Below, piece after piece: positions 8,037 to 15,764 of a DNA stretch of 20,000 bases. Under the pieces are notes generated by a model that saw only the letters and a program-made list of their open reading frames with translations, searched no databases and was not told the DNA's origin. Location of the stretch: IMG/VR virus record IMGVR_UViG_3300047160_035018; one strand, written 5' to 3'. Every line of letters starts with the position of its first letter. Position 1 is the stretch's first letter. This stretch comes from an uncultured virus (IMG/VR IMGVR_UViG_3300047160_035018) (taxonomy: Duplodnaviria > Heunggongvirae > Uroviricota > Caudoviricetes). The translations under genes and the position numbers were made by a program.

Positions 8037-8380
8037 CGACCGTCGACCCACGCGGCACCCTGTCGCTCTTCCACATCCTGGAGAGCGGCATCAAGAACCA
8101 ACTCGCCGAGATGGAGCGCCTCCGTGCCGAGGTGCGCGACGCCCTGGCCGGCCTGGAGAAGTTCCGGCAGGCGACGATCGCGACGGTCGAGGGGTGGCGC
8201 GACGAGCTCTCGCGCGTGCTCGGCAACACCGGGCGCGTGCTCGACGGGATGACAGCGCTACGTGAGGAGGTCCAGGGCGCCATCAACCTCCGCTCCAAGG
8301 CGGACGCGGCGTCGACGCGGGCCACGAGTCAGATCGCGCGGCCGCCGACGCTGCGAAAGAGACCACCACCCAGGAGGTGA
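8033..8380 (+). CDS. Coiled-coil hypothetical protein
   Basis: GTGA overlap start; amphipathic helices and basic tail. Confidence 0.7.
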   Translation: MTTVDPRGTLSLFHILESGIKNQLAEMERLRAEVRDALAGLEKFRQATIATVEGWRDELSRVLGNTGRVLDGMTALREEVQGAINLRSKADAASTRATSQIARPPTLRKRPPPRR

Positions 8381-8383
8381 CCC

Positions 8384-8578
8384 GTGCCGAACCCGGGCGA
8401 ACTGCACTGCCGTTCGAGGGGAGAACCCGGGAAGCCCGGCAAGGTGGGATCGGCGGTCTGCGGGGCACCGGTCCGCCAGGACCAGATGACCGACGACTTC
8501 CGCGACGTCACGTGCCGCCGGTGCTGGGCCGAGATGAGCCGCGCCGCGCACCAGCAACGGCGCAGCGTCAGGGCCTGA
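8384..8578 (+). CDS. Small zinc-finger-like protein
   Basis: H...VCG...VTCRRC pattern; SD AGGAGG upstream. Confidence 0.65.
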   Translation: MPNPGELHCRSRGEPGKPGKVGSAVCGAPVRQDQMTDDFRDVTCRRCWAEMSRAAHQQRRSVRA

Positions 8579-8596
8579 GATGGACACGCAGACCTC

Positions 8597-9247
8597 CTAC
8601 TCGAGCGGGCTCGCCTCGGCATGGCCGGCCGATAGGCTCACGTTGCCGCCGCCGTCGATGCCGCCGAAGGTCTCGAACGTCGAGAACGTGCCGTCACAGT
8701 TGAGATCGCCGATCGCGTCGGCGTAGAAGTACTCACCCGCGCCGGTCCCGGTCGGGATGGTGCCGTCGCCGAGCGTCGGAGCTGCCTTCGTGATGGTATC
8801 CACGCCTCCCGTGGCCCCCGAGCCTTGGTCGTGGTTGTACATGTAGGCGTAGTAGTGTGGATCGGTCATCGCGAACTTGAGCTGCTGCCAGGCCTGATCG
8901 GTCCAGATCACCGGGTTCGGCTGGCACTTCCCGACGCCGGCGATGGTGCAGCAAGGGTGCCCGCCAGCGATGGCCGGCTCGGTGTCACCGGTCGCGCCCG
9001 CCGCGCCCGCGACGCCCGGGAACTGTCTGGCCACGGGGATCGCCGTCCCCGCGGCGTTCATCTCCTCGTGGTAGTACGAGGTCGCGCCCTCCGCGATCTT
9101 CTTGATGTTCGTCGTGGCCTCGGTCGTCTTCGACTTACGAACGTTCTTCATGAACGCCGGGATGGCGATGGCCGCCAGGATCCCGATGATGGCCACGACC
9201 ACCATGAGCTCGATCAGCGTGAACCCGTTCTTGATCGTCTTCCGCAT
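8597..9247 (-). CDS. pilA: Type IVa prepilin (myxobacterial-type major pilin), 216 aa
   Basis: MRKTIKNG|FTLIELMVVVAIIGILAAIAIPAF class III signal with Glu5; C-terminal CC...W..L.F.M.DPHYY...GDLNCDG.FSTF. SD GGAAGGAG before ATG 9247. Confidence 0.92.
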   Translation of the reverse strand: MRKTIKNGFTLIELMVVVAIIGILAAIAIPAFMKNVRKSKTTEATTNIKKIAEGATSYYHEEMNAAGTAIPVARQFPGVAGAAGATGDTEPAIAGGHPCCTIAGVGKCQPNPVIWTDQAWQQLKFAMTDPHYYAYMYNHDQGSGATGGVDTITKAAPTLGDGTIPTGTGAGEYFYADAIGDLNCDGTFSTFETFGGIDGGGNVSLSAGHAEASPLE

Positions 9248-9290
9248 TTTTTTCTCCTTCCGCGCAGCACCGCGCTGCGCATCCATCGGT

Positions 9291-9306
9291 AGCACATCAC
9301 GTGCCG
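9291..9306 (-). promoter_or_regulatory. sigma54 (-24/-12) promoter of the pilin gene
   Basis: Minus strand CGGCACG-TGAT-GTGCT with exact GG-N10-GC spacing, about 45 nt upstream of the ATG. Confidence 0.75.
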
Positions 9307-9322
9307 GCCGTCGTCGCCGTGC

Positions 9323-9710
9323 CAGAGTGTCCTCGAACGTCTCATGCTGGGGCCCGACGGTGCGCAGGTTCGCGAAGCGGCCGTCGAGCGCGAGCATGCG
9401 CAAGGGGAGGTTGTTGCCGGGCCCGAGTTGATTCACGAGCCACCCGACACAACCGGCCGATGAAAGGTCCGCAACATCCAGTGCAAGGCGTGTCCCTGGA
9501 GGGTCCAGACGGTCCCCGAGCGCGACATTCCAGACGGGTACTCGGCCGAGAAGCACGCGGCGCTGGCCTGCACCATCGCTGACCCCGGTAACCTTCGCGG
9601 CGTCGGGAGCATGATGGCCTGTCACGAGAGCGCTGTCGGCGCCGAGGTCCCATCTTTCGAGGGCGGCGCCATTTTGCGGCCCTACGGTGACGATTTTCGG
9701 CCTGCCTCAC
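9323..9710 (-). pseudogene. DUF6283-like gene disrupted by an internal inversion (9467-9653) plus 16 extra nt
   Basis: 5' piece on minus (GTG 9710), middle piece QCKACPW...MACHES on plus, 3' piece CVGWLVNQLGPGNN...QHETFEDTL on minus. Confidence 0.75.
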
Positions 9711-10009
9711 AGGAGCAAGATCCTCACGTGGTTCACGGCCACCACGCTGTAGAACAGGTCCGCCACGACGAGCGCCCAGACCGACAGGCGGCCGCCGTGC
9801 ACGATCGTCAGTGTGGCGCCGACCCCCACCCCGCCCACCTTGATGGCCCAGAAGAGGACCGGCGACACGGCCAGCGCCGCCGCCATCCACGGGACCCCCT
9901 CGTAGACGTTCACCCAGCCGTCGAGGAAGCGCAGCGTGGCCCAGGCATCGAAGGCGACGAGCACGCCGAGGACCGACGCGAGAACGATGATCCAGCGGCG
10001 GCGGGTCAT
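9707..10009 (-). CDS. DUF5658-like membrane protein
   Basis: Several TM helices with D..AT...L..G...E..P.M......P..F...K pattern. Confidence 0.65.
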   Translation of the reverse strand: MTRRRWIIVLASVLGVLVAFDAWATLRFLDGWVNVYEGVPWMAAALAVSPVLFWAIKVGGVGVGATLTIVHGGRLSVWALVVADLFYSVVAVNHVRILLL

Positions 10010-10269
10010 GGTCCCCTCCGTGGCTCAAGATCCGCGTGCCATGTGACAAACAGGACACTGGCCTCGGGCTCGATCTCGTAGAACTCGGTCGGCGCGTCCT
10101 CGTCGTCGGCGTCGCGCACGATGACGTCGTAGAGTTGGAACCTGTCCTCTGCCGGACTAAACCAGCCCTCCATGAACCTCTCGGCGGCGTCCTTGGCATT
10201 GTGGGCCTCGATGACCTTCCGGCCGACTTTGAGATCGCCAAGATTCGGGCACCAGCAGCGGAACCTCAT
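10006..10269 (-). CDS. Small phage hypothetical protein
   Basis: ATGA-coupled on both sides; IEAHNAKDAAERF. Confidence 0.75.
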   Translation of the reverse strand: MRFRCWCPNLGDLKVGRKVIEAHNAKDAAERFMEGWFSPAEDRFQLYDVIVRDADDEDAPTEFYEIEPEASVLFVTWHADLEPRRGP

Positions 10270-10532
10270 GGGCGTGCCTCCTCGACTCTATCGTACCCGC
10301 CCGGCATCTCCCAGACCCGGCCCTCGGGGTTCCAGGCGAGATGCACGCGGATGAGGAGGGCCCGCGAGATGCCAGCTCGGTAGCCGCGCGCCGGCGCGCC
10401 GGCCTTCGTGACCTCACGGACCAGGGCGCACGGAGCGTAGCCGTGGTCGCGCCGCACCTGGGTCACGGTGACGAAGTGCCCGCGCGTCGAGCGGAAGGTA
10501 TCACCCGCGTTGACGTGGATGCGGTCGGTCAT
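10266..10532 (-). CDS. Hypothetical protein (88 aa)
   Basis: ATG 10532 overlaps the upstream stop (ATGA). Confidence 0.7.
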   Translation of the reverse strand: MTDRIHVNAGDTFRSTRGHFVTVTQVRRDHGYAPCALVREVTKAGAPARGYRAGISRALLIRVHLAWNPEGRVWEMPGGYDRVEEARP

Positions 10533-11002
10533 GACGATGACGTACTCCTCACCGGGAACGCCACCGCCACAGACTTGACCCCACGCGCCCGCACGAGGAC
10601 GAGCACGACGGTTGCCGACGGCTCGCCCTTGCGACTGAGCCGCTGGATGGGCAGGAGCTCGAGCTCGACGGCCGCCGGCCTGGCCACCACTGGCAGGACC
10701 GCGCGCACCCGATCGTGGAGGTCGAAGGCCTCCTCTTTGGGCGCCGACCGGCTCTCCCACTTGTAGTGGGTCCACGTCGGCGAGCCCTCGGCGAAGGTCA
10801 TGGACACGAGGTCCTCCGGACCCGCGCCGCGTTGCACGGCCAGGACCAGGTTGGAAGCGACGAGCGCCATGACGGCGCCGTGGACGGCGTAGCCCTCACG
10901 GGCGGCGCGGGCGATCGAGGTGAAGCTCTGCTGGGTCGCCCACGTGCGCAACTCCTCGAGGACGGCGGTACGGTCGGCGTCGGTCATGGGTGCACCCTTC
11001 AC
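10529..11002 (-). CDS. Hypothetical protein
   Basis: Coupled within the leftward arm; alternative ATG at 10987. Confidence 0.7.
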   Translation of the reverse strand: MKGAPMTDADRTAVLEELRTWATQQSFTSIARAAREGYAVHGAVMALVASNLVLAVQRGAGPEDLVSMTFAEGSPTWTHYKWESRSAPKEEAFDLHDRVRAVLPVVARPAAVELELLPIQRLSRKGEPSATVVLVLVRARGVKSVAVAFPVRSTSSS

Positions 11003-11712
11003 TCAGCCTTCAACTTGAGGAGGCCGCGCGCGGCCAACTCGTCCATGCCGTCGAGGAAGTCCGGCCGGCCCCCCTGCGCGATCAGTCCATCCGCCAGCCG
11101 CCGCGCGCGATCAGCGACAGTTCCGGCCGCGTCCTGCGCCGAGCGCGACCAGCACGCGCGGCTGATCTCCACCGCTGTCAGGTCCAGCGCCGCGGCGCGG
11201 GCATGGGCGGACAGCGAGGTGTCCGCCGCGATCTCAGCCACGCGGGCTTCGTAGTATTCGACTGACCCGACTCTGCTCGTTACCGTCATCGTCTGTCCTC
11301 CCAGCGCGCGTCCAGCGCGCTCCTTCAGCCACACCGAGAGGGCGTGCAGATCAGCCTCACTGACACCGGCGCTCTCGGTGCCATCCCAGGACTCGGCCCA
11401 GTTCGCAGCGCTCTCGCGGCAGTACTCGTCCAGCTCGTCGCCGTCGAGCGCCCGCAACCCGTCGAGCTCGCCGGCGGCATCCGTCCAGTCGTACGCCGGG
11501 TGAAGGCGCAGGGGAAGCTCGATGGCGCGGATGGCCCGGTCAGTCGCAACCTCCCCGGCACTGAGACGCAGGCCGGCGCGATCGGCGACCCACTCACAGC
11601 CGGCGGCGTGCTCCTCGGCCAGGGCCGCCCACTTCGCGTCGTCGTCGACGGCCGGGATCTTGCCGTCCTCGACCTCGGCATTGCAGTAGTCGCACTCGTA
11701 GGTCTCGCTCAT
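10999..11712 (-). CDS. Hypothetical protein with N-terminal CxxC...H...C motif
   Basis: ECDYC...EHAAGCEW; ATGA coupling. Confidence 0.7.
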   Translation of the reverse strand: MSETYECDYCNAEVEDGKIPAVDDDAKWAALAEEHAAGCEWVADRAGLRLSAGEVATDRAIRAIELPLRLHPAYDWTDAAGELDGLRALDGDELDEYCRESAANWAESWDGTESAGVSEADLHALSVWLKERAGRALGGQTMTVTSRVGSVEYYEARVAEIAADTSLSAHARAAALDLTAVEISRACWSRSAQDAAGTVADRARRLADGLIAQGGRPDFLDGMDELAARGLLKLKAE

Positions 11713-12101
11713 AGCTTTCCCAACTCCTCGATCGTGGCGTCAAGATCCTCAGCCGCACTCGCGGCGCTCGCGCTCGCCGCCGGCTTCGTCGCCGTGGCGC
11801 GCGTGACGCGGGCGCTCGGGACACGGCGCATGATCGTGTCCAGATCGCCGATGAGCTCGCCGAGGATGCTCTCGGGCAACGGCCCCGACGCGCCGGCCGG
11901 CCGGACGAGGTTGGACAGCTGCGCGCGCGCCGCGCCGAGGGCATCCAACTGTCCCGCGACGTTGGCATCCGTCGAGAACGGCGTGAGACTCACGCCCCGC
12001 GCACGGAGCCACTGGTAGAGGCGGGCCTGACGCACGGACATTTTCTGCCCATGGGGCGTCAGCAGGGCTGGCGGGTTGAGGAGCGGAAGGGGGTTGCTCA
12101 T
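11709..12101 (-). CDS. Hypothetical protein
   Basis: ATGA coupling; SD GAGGAG. Confidence 0.7.
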   Translation of the reverse strand: MSNPLPLLNPPALLTPHGQKMSVRQARLYQWLRARGVSLTPFSTDANVAGQLDALGAARAQLSNLVRPAGASGPLPESILGELIGDLDTIMRRVPSARVTRATATKPAASASAASAAEDLDATIEELGKL

Positions 12102-12304
12102 GATTTTGTCTCCTCTGGAGACCGCTCGTCACCGTTATCCCACGCTTCCCGGTTGGCCCTGCGATCTGCCCCGGTGGGGAAGTCATCGTCCTCATCCGAG
12201 GAGTAGCGGAATGCCCCACAACGGTCGCAGTATTCGTGCTCCTCCGCACCAGCGCCGCCAGTCAAGATCGTCCCGCCGCATCCACTGTGATTCGTTGTTG
12301 TCAT
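12098..12304 (-). CDS. Small zinc-ribbon-like protein
   Basis: HSGC...YCDRC motif. Confidence 0.7.
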   Translation of the reverse strand: MTTTNHSGCGGTILTGGAGAEEHEYCDRCGAFRYSSDEDDDFPTGADRRANREAWDNGDERSPEETKS

Positions 12305-12306
12305 GG

Positions 12307-13539
12307 TCAGATCTCCAGGGGGCGAATGCGATTGCCCCGATCGTCAATCCAGATGGTCACGCCGCGCTCGTCGGCGCCGAAGTTCCGCGGCCAGGCGGGC
12401 CCGCCCGGGATGCCATCGGCGTCAACCCAGTCGGCGGCCGGCGCGGCCGGTGCCGCATCCACGGCCGGCGGCGCGGCCGGTGCAACCTCGACAACCTCAG
12501 CGGCCGGCGCGGCCGGAACCGGCGGGTCAGCGGCGCCGCTCATGTCGACGTTGGCGAACCGCGCCACAGCGTCAGCAGCGCGATCCTGCCAGTCGGGCAC
12601 AATCGGGCGATCTTCCAGGTCGAGGAGAACGGGCGCGCCCACGTCGCGACCATCCAGCTTGCCCTTCGCGTACTCGAGGGTCATGGCGAGATTGCGCTTG
12701 AGCTTCTCGACCAGATTGATCGCGGCAACGGCCGGCCGCTCGAACAGGTCGGAGTAGCGGTTGATCTTGGCGCGCCACTCCGAGATGAGACCGAATCGCC
12801 GCTCAAGCGCGCGGGTCCCGATCGCGCCATCCTCGTCGAGAGTGACCGCCGCCAGCTCCGCCTGCAGCGCCTCCGCCGCAACCCGCGCCTCCGCCTCGAG
12901 ACCGGCCAGGATGGTATCCACGGCCGCATCGCTCCGCATGGCGGGAATCTCGCCGACGAAATGACGGGTCGACGCGGCGACGGCGCCGATCATCTCCCGC
13001 CACAGCGCCGCATGCTTGGGGGGCACGTAGTACACCCCGCCACTGTCCCGCAGGACGGCCACACCGTCGCACGCATCGACACAGCGCCGGAGAAACAGGC
13101 TCATGTCGCCGTGGGCCAGCTCGCGCCGCGCCGCCTGGTAGGCGCCAGCGATGCGCGGCGCATCCGGATCGTGCGTAGGGGACCCATCGGGGTTGGACAC
13201 GACGATCCGATCCTTGTCGGACGGGTCGACCCGCACGACGAGCCGCGGGGCATACTCGGGCAGACCCGAGGCGAACCCCACGTCCACGATGGCCCAACCG
13301 CCGCCAGCGCTGGCGGGGAGCTTCTCGAGCCGCACGCCAGCCTTGCCCGCCGAGCGGATCGCCACACCTAGTGCCGCCTCCGGCGTCACGGGCTGAGGAA
13401 GCAACTTCTCGGGCAGGTTGCGCTCGGACCATGCCGCGACGAGCCGCGCAAGGTCAGCCGAGCCATGGAGCGACCAGCCAGCGATGAGGCCAAAGCCCGC
13501 GCCGCCGCCGTCGGTTACTGCGATGAGGTTGGGGGCCAT
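12307..13539 (-). CDS. DUF6744/DUF3150-like mobile-element protein with Ala/Pro-rich linker
   Basis: 410 aa; N-terminal G....WSL...L...W....L....LP and LRDSGGVYYVP motif; PAAPA repeats near the C-terminus. Confidence 0.6.
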   Translation of the reverse strand: MAPNLIAVTDGGGAGFGLIAGWSLHGSADLARLVAAWSERNLPEKLLPQPVTPEAALGVAIRSAGKAGVRLEKLPASAGGGWAIVDVGFASGLPEYAPRLVVRVDPSDKDRIVVSNPDGSPTHDPDAPRIAGAYQAARRELAHGDMSLFLRRCVDACDGVAVLRDSGGVYYVPPKHAALWREMIGAVAASTRHFVGEIPAMRSDAAVDTILAGLEAEARVAAEALQAELAAVTLDEDGAIGTRALERRFGLISEWRAKINRYSDLFERPAVAAINLVEKLKRNLAMTLEYAKGKLDGRDVGAPVLLDLEDRPIVPDWQDRAADAVARFANVDMSGAADPPVPAAPAAEVVEVAPAAPPAVDAAPAAPAADWVDADGIPGGPAWPRNFGADERGVTIWIDDRGNRIRPLEI

Positions 13540-13541
13540 GG

Positions 13542-13763
13542 CTACGCCCCCACCTTGCGGAGAAGCACCTTGACCGCCCGCTCGAGGCGGTCACGATACC
13601 GCTCCTTCAGCTGAAGGTCGCCCGAGCGACGCAGCGAAAACGCTGCGTCGCAGGCGATAGCCGCCAGTTCGTCAATTTCCATGTCGTCATCAATGCGGAA
13701 CGCGCGCGCATTGATGAGGAGACGGCACATCTCCTCCTCAGCCTCGGACCTAATGTAGGACAT
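13542..13763 (-). CDS. Hypothetical protein, first gene of the leftward arm
   Basis: SD GGAAAGG; follows a sigma54 promoter and hairpin leader. Confidence 0.75.
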   Translation of the reverse strand: MSYIRSEAEEEMCRLLINARAFRIDDDMEIDELAAIACDAAFSLRRSGDLQLKERYRDRLERAVKVLLRKVGA

Positions 13764-13772
13764 CTGGGAACG

Positions 13773-13818
13773 CCTTTCCGCTCTGTCCGCCAGAGCTTGC
13801 CGCGCCGTCCGCCGGCGC
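13773..13818 (-). promoter_or_regulatory. Twin pentaloop-hairpin leader plus SD (leftward)
   Basis: GCGCCG-GCGGA-CGGCGC, GGCAA, GCTCTG-GCGGA-CAGAGC, GGAAAGG. Confidence 0.75.
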
Positions 13819-13832
13819 CTGACCAGGTACCT

Positions 13833-13848
13833 TGCATCGCCCGTGCCA
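13833..13848 (-). promoter_or_regulatory. sigma54 promoter, leftward arm
   Basis: Minus strand TGGCACG-GGCG-ATGCA, one mismatch from TGGCACG-N4-TTGCW. Confidence 0.85.
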
Positions 13849-14061
13849 GCCTTTATATCAGTATAACTACCTGTTTTTACTTGCTCGCCATAGGGAGCCT
13901 GTCGCTTTTTCGGTCAGGCACGGTCCCGCGCGCCTGGCCACCGTAGCTACTTTACCTAGTAGTTTCGCAGTTATACGCCTCGCCTGTCGTGCCATCGGTC
14001 GCCTCTGACGCGAAACAGGACAGTCAGGCGGGTTGGCCACGTATTTACGCCTACTTACACG

Positions 14062-14077
14062 TGGCACGCCCGCTGCA
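14062..14077 (+). promoter_or_regulatory. sigma54 promoter, rightward arm
   Basis: TGGCACG-CCCG-CTGCA, one mismatch from consensus. Confidence 0.85.
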
Positions 14078-14088
14078 ATACCGTCCCT

Positions 14089-14138
14089 CGTGCCGACGGA
14101 CGGCACGCCAAAGGGCCCGGCTGACGGGCCCGGAAAGG
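14089..14138 (+). promoter_or_regulatory. Twin pentaloop-hairpin leader plus SD (rightward)
   Basis: CGTGCCG-ACGGA-CGGCACG, CCAAA, GGGCCCG-GCTGA-CGGGCCC, GGAAAGG. Confidence 0.75.
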
Positions 14139-14143
14139 TCCCG

Positions 14144-14683
14144 ATGGATACCATCTTCCCCAAGGGCCAGATTCAGGCTGTGGTTTCAGTGGCTTCGGAT
14201 GATTTCTGCCGTCAGGGCATCTATGGTGTCTCGGTCGGCGACGGCTATCTGTGCGCGACCGATGGCCATCGGCTCCTGCAGGTCAAGGCCACGGCTAGCG
14301 CCGCGCCGAGCGCCTACGTGGCGAAGGAAGGCCTCCAGATCGCCGCCGCCGCCGCCAAGGGCAAGGGTGCCGCCGTCCGGCTGAACGGCCGGATCGAGGC
14401 GCGCAACGGAGCTGGCGCGGTTCTGGCCACGGCCGAACTGGTCCCCATCGATGCCCAGTTTCCGCCCGTGGACCAGGCCATCCCGCAGGACGGGCCCGCC
14501 ATCGCGTCCTTCAACCCGCGGCTCCTGGGTGAAACGCTCCTGGCCATGGCCAGGGCGGGGTGTGAGTGTGTCTCCCTCACGTTCGCCGAGAGTGAGGCGC
14601 ACGTGTCACCGCTCAAGATCGCTGGCATCGCCGCCGATGGCGGCGCCGAGGTTGTGGCCGTCGTCATGCCGAGGAGAGCGTAG
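14144..14683 (+). CDS. Truncated DNA polymerase III beta-clamp-like protein (179 aa; central and C-terminal domains)
   Basis: ASDD..R..I.GV, ATDGHRL, FPP....IP, FNP..L and terminal VVMPRR match DnaN domain II/III motifs. SD GGAAAGG. Confidence 0.8.
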   Translation: MDTIFPKGQIQAVVSVASDDFCRQGIYGVSVGDGYLCATDGHRLLQVKATASAAPSAYVAKEGLQIAAAAAKGKGAAVRLNGRIEARNGAGAVLATAELVPIDAQFPPVDQAIPQDGPAIASFNPRLLGETLLAMARAGCECVSLTFAESEAHVSPLKIAGIAADGGAEVVAVVMPRRA

Positions 14684-14685
14684 CC

Positions 14686-15306
14686 ATGGCGCGCAGCAAG
14701 GCATGGCGTGTGACCGTCGACGGCAAGCGCTACCAGGCGCTCGAGGCTTCCGCCGTCCTCGACGATCATGGTTCCGGCGGCTTCAACCATCCGTCGTTGT
14801 GGCTGAAGTTCGGGCGCGTCGAGTCGGATGGATCGGTCGCGTCCGATGGGTACGGGGACCGGCGCCGCGTCACGGTGCAGATCCGCTATCAGCGCGACCT
14901 GTTCCGGTCGGATGACACCTACTTCCGCCCGGCGGAAGGTCGCATGGACACGCGGCTCCGGTGGAGCACGTGCTACGCCGGCCGCATCGCGCTCGACGAC
15001 GGCGCCAGCGTGCACATGGATCAGGAGTACACGCTCGGCACCGAGGACAGGCTCCGGATCAAGGTCGCGTCGCTCATCCGCGCGACGATCCGAGAGTACA
15101 ACATCAGTGCGGTCTACCACGATGAGTTTCAGGCGGCCGCCGCCGCCGTCGAAAAGCTCGGCTGTGGGGTGGCGTGGGAGTATCGCTCGCGCTCGCTCGG
15201 TGGCCTCGTGCCGCTCGGCTCGATTGAGGAGCGCTACGCGAACGAGCGTGCCGCCAAGGATGCCGCGCGCGCGGCCGTGCCCAGTTCCGACGCGGAGGTT
15301 GCATAG
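14686..15306 (+). CDS. Hypothetical protein (206 aa)
   Basis: TAGCCATG junction; SD GAGGAG. Confidence 0.8.
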   Translation: MARSKAWRVTVDGKRYQALEASAVLDDHGSGGFNHPSLWLKFGRVESDGSVASDGYGDRRRVTVQIRYQRDLFRSDDTYFRPAEGRMDTRLRWSTCYAGRIALDDGASVHMDQEYTLGTEDRLRIKVASLIRATIREYNISAVYHDEFQAAAAAVEKLGCGVAWEYRSRSLGGLVPLGSIEERYANERAAKDAARAAVPSSDAEVA

Positions 15307-15308
15307 CC

Positions 15309-15554
15309 ATGCGCATGCTTGTGCCTGGAGTCTGTCAGGGCCAGATCATCGAGTGCTCGTTCGGCTGGTGCCGCGGCGAGCTCTATCAGTGCGTGCTCGA
15401 CCGATCGGATCGCTCCGTCCAGTGGTACCGCGCCGATCCGGTCTCGCGAGATCGGCTACTCGACGAGGACTATGACGGAGCGCGGGATTGGGAGCCCACG
15501 GTGGATTCTTGGATTCCGTGCGACGAGCCCAACGACGACGAGGAGGAGGAGTAG
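15309..15554 (+). CDS. Hypothetical protein with acidic tail
   Basis: TAGCCATG junction; SD GGAGG. Confidence 0.7.
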   Translation: MRMLVPGVCQGQIIECSFGWCRGELYQCVLDRSDRSVQWYRADPVSRDRLLDEDYDGARDWEPTVDSWIPCDEPNDDEEEE

Positions 15555-15556
15555 CC

Positions 15557-15763
15557 ATGAGCCGGCGCTACACCCTCGACGATCTCAGGCACACGCCGCT
15601 CGGCGACGTTATCGCCGCTTGGCGCGCCGGGTCCGTCGACGATCGCACCTACGAGGAGTACCGGTGCCTCTGGCGCAACAGCGCGCCGCGGTTCTCGAAC
15701 GAGTGCAAGGAGCATGACGGCCACGATCCCGCGCAGTGTCCTCGCGTGACGGAGATGGGCTAA
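15557..15763 (+). CDS. Hypothetical protein (68 aa)
   Basis: TAGCCATG junction; SD GAGGAG. Confidence 0.7.
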   Translation: MSRRYTLDDLRHTPLGDVIAAWRAGSVDDRTYEEYRCLWRNSAPRFSNECKEHDGHDPAQCPRVTEMG

Positions 15764-15764
15764 G

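Noticed and set aside
8579..8596. Intrinsic terminator between the convergent lysis operon and pilin
   Set aside because: An 18-bp gap with no stem-loop plus U-tract.
9248..9625. 126-aa N-terminal extension of the pilin in the ORF track (342 aa)
   Set aside because: The SD, sigma54 promoter and short class III leader place the start at 9247. The extension is leader, pseudogene remnant and antisense of the inverted piece.
9462..9658. Simple invertase-driven ON/OFF switch using GAAAG/CTTTC
   Set aside because: The repeat is only 5 bp, no recombinase is in the window, and crossover there fixes the 5' junction but leaves the 3' junction 16 nt long and out of frame.
12435..12516. Repeated GGCGCGGCCGG units
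   Set aside because: These encode PAAP linker repeats in the 410-aa protein; short, coding and not CRISPR-like.
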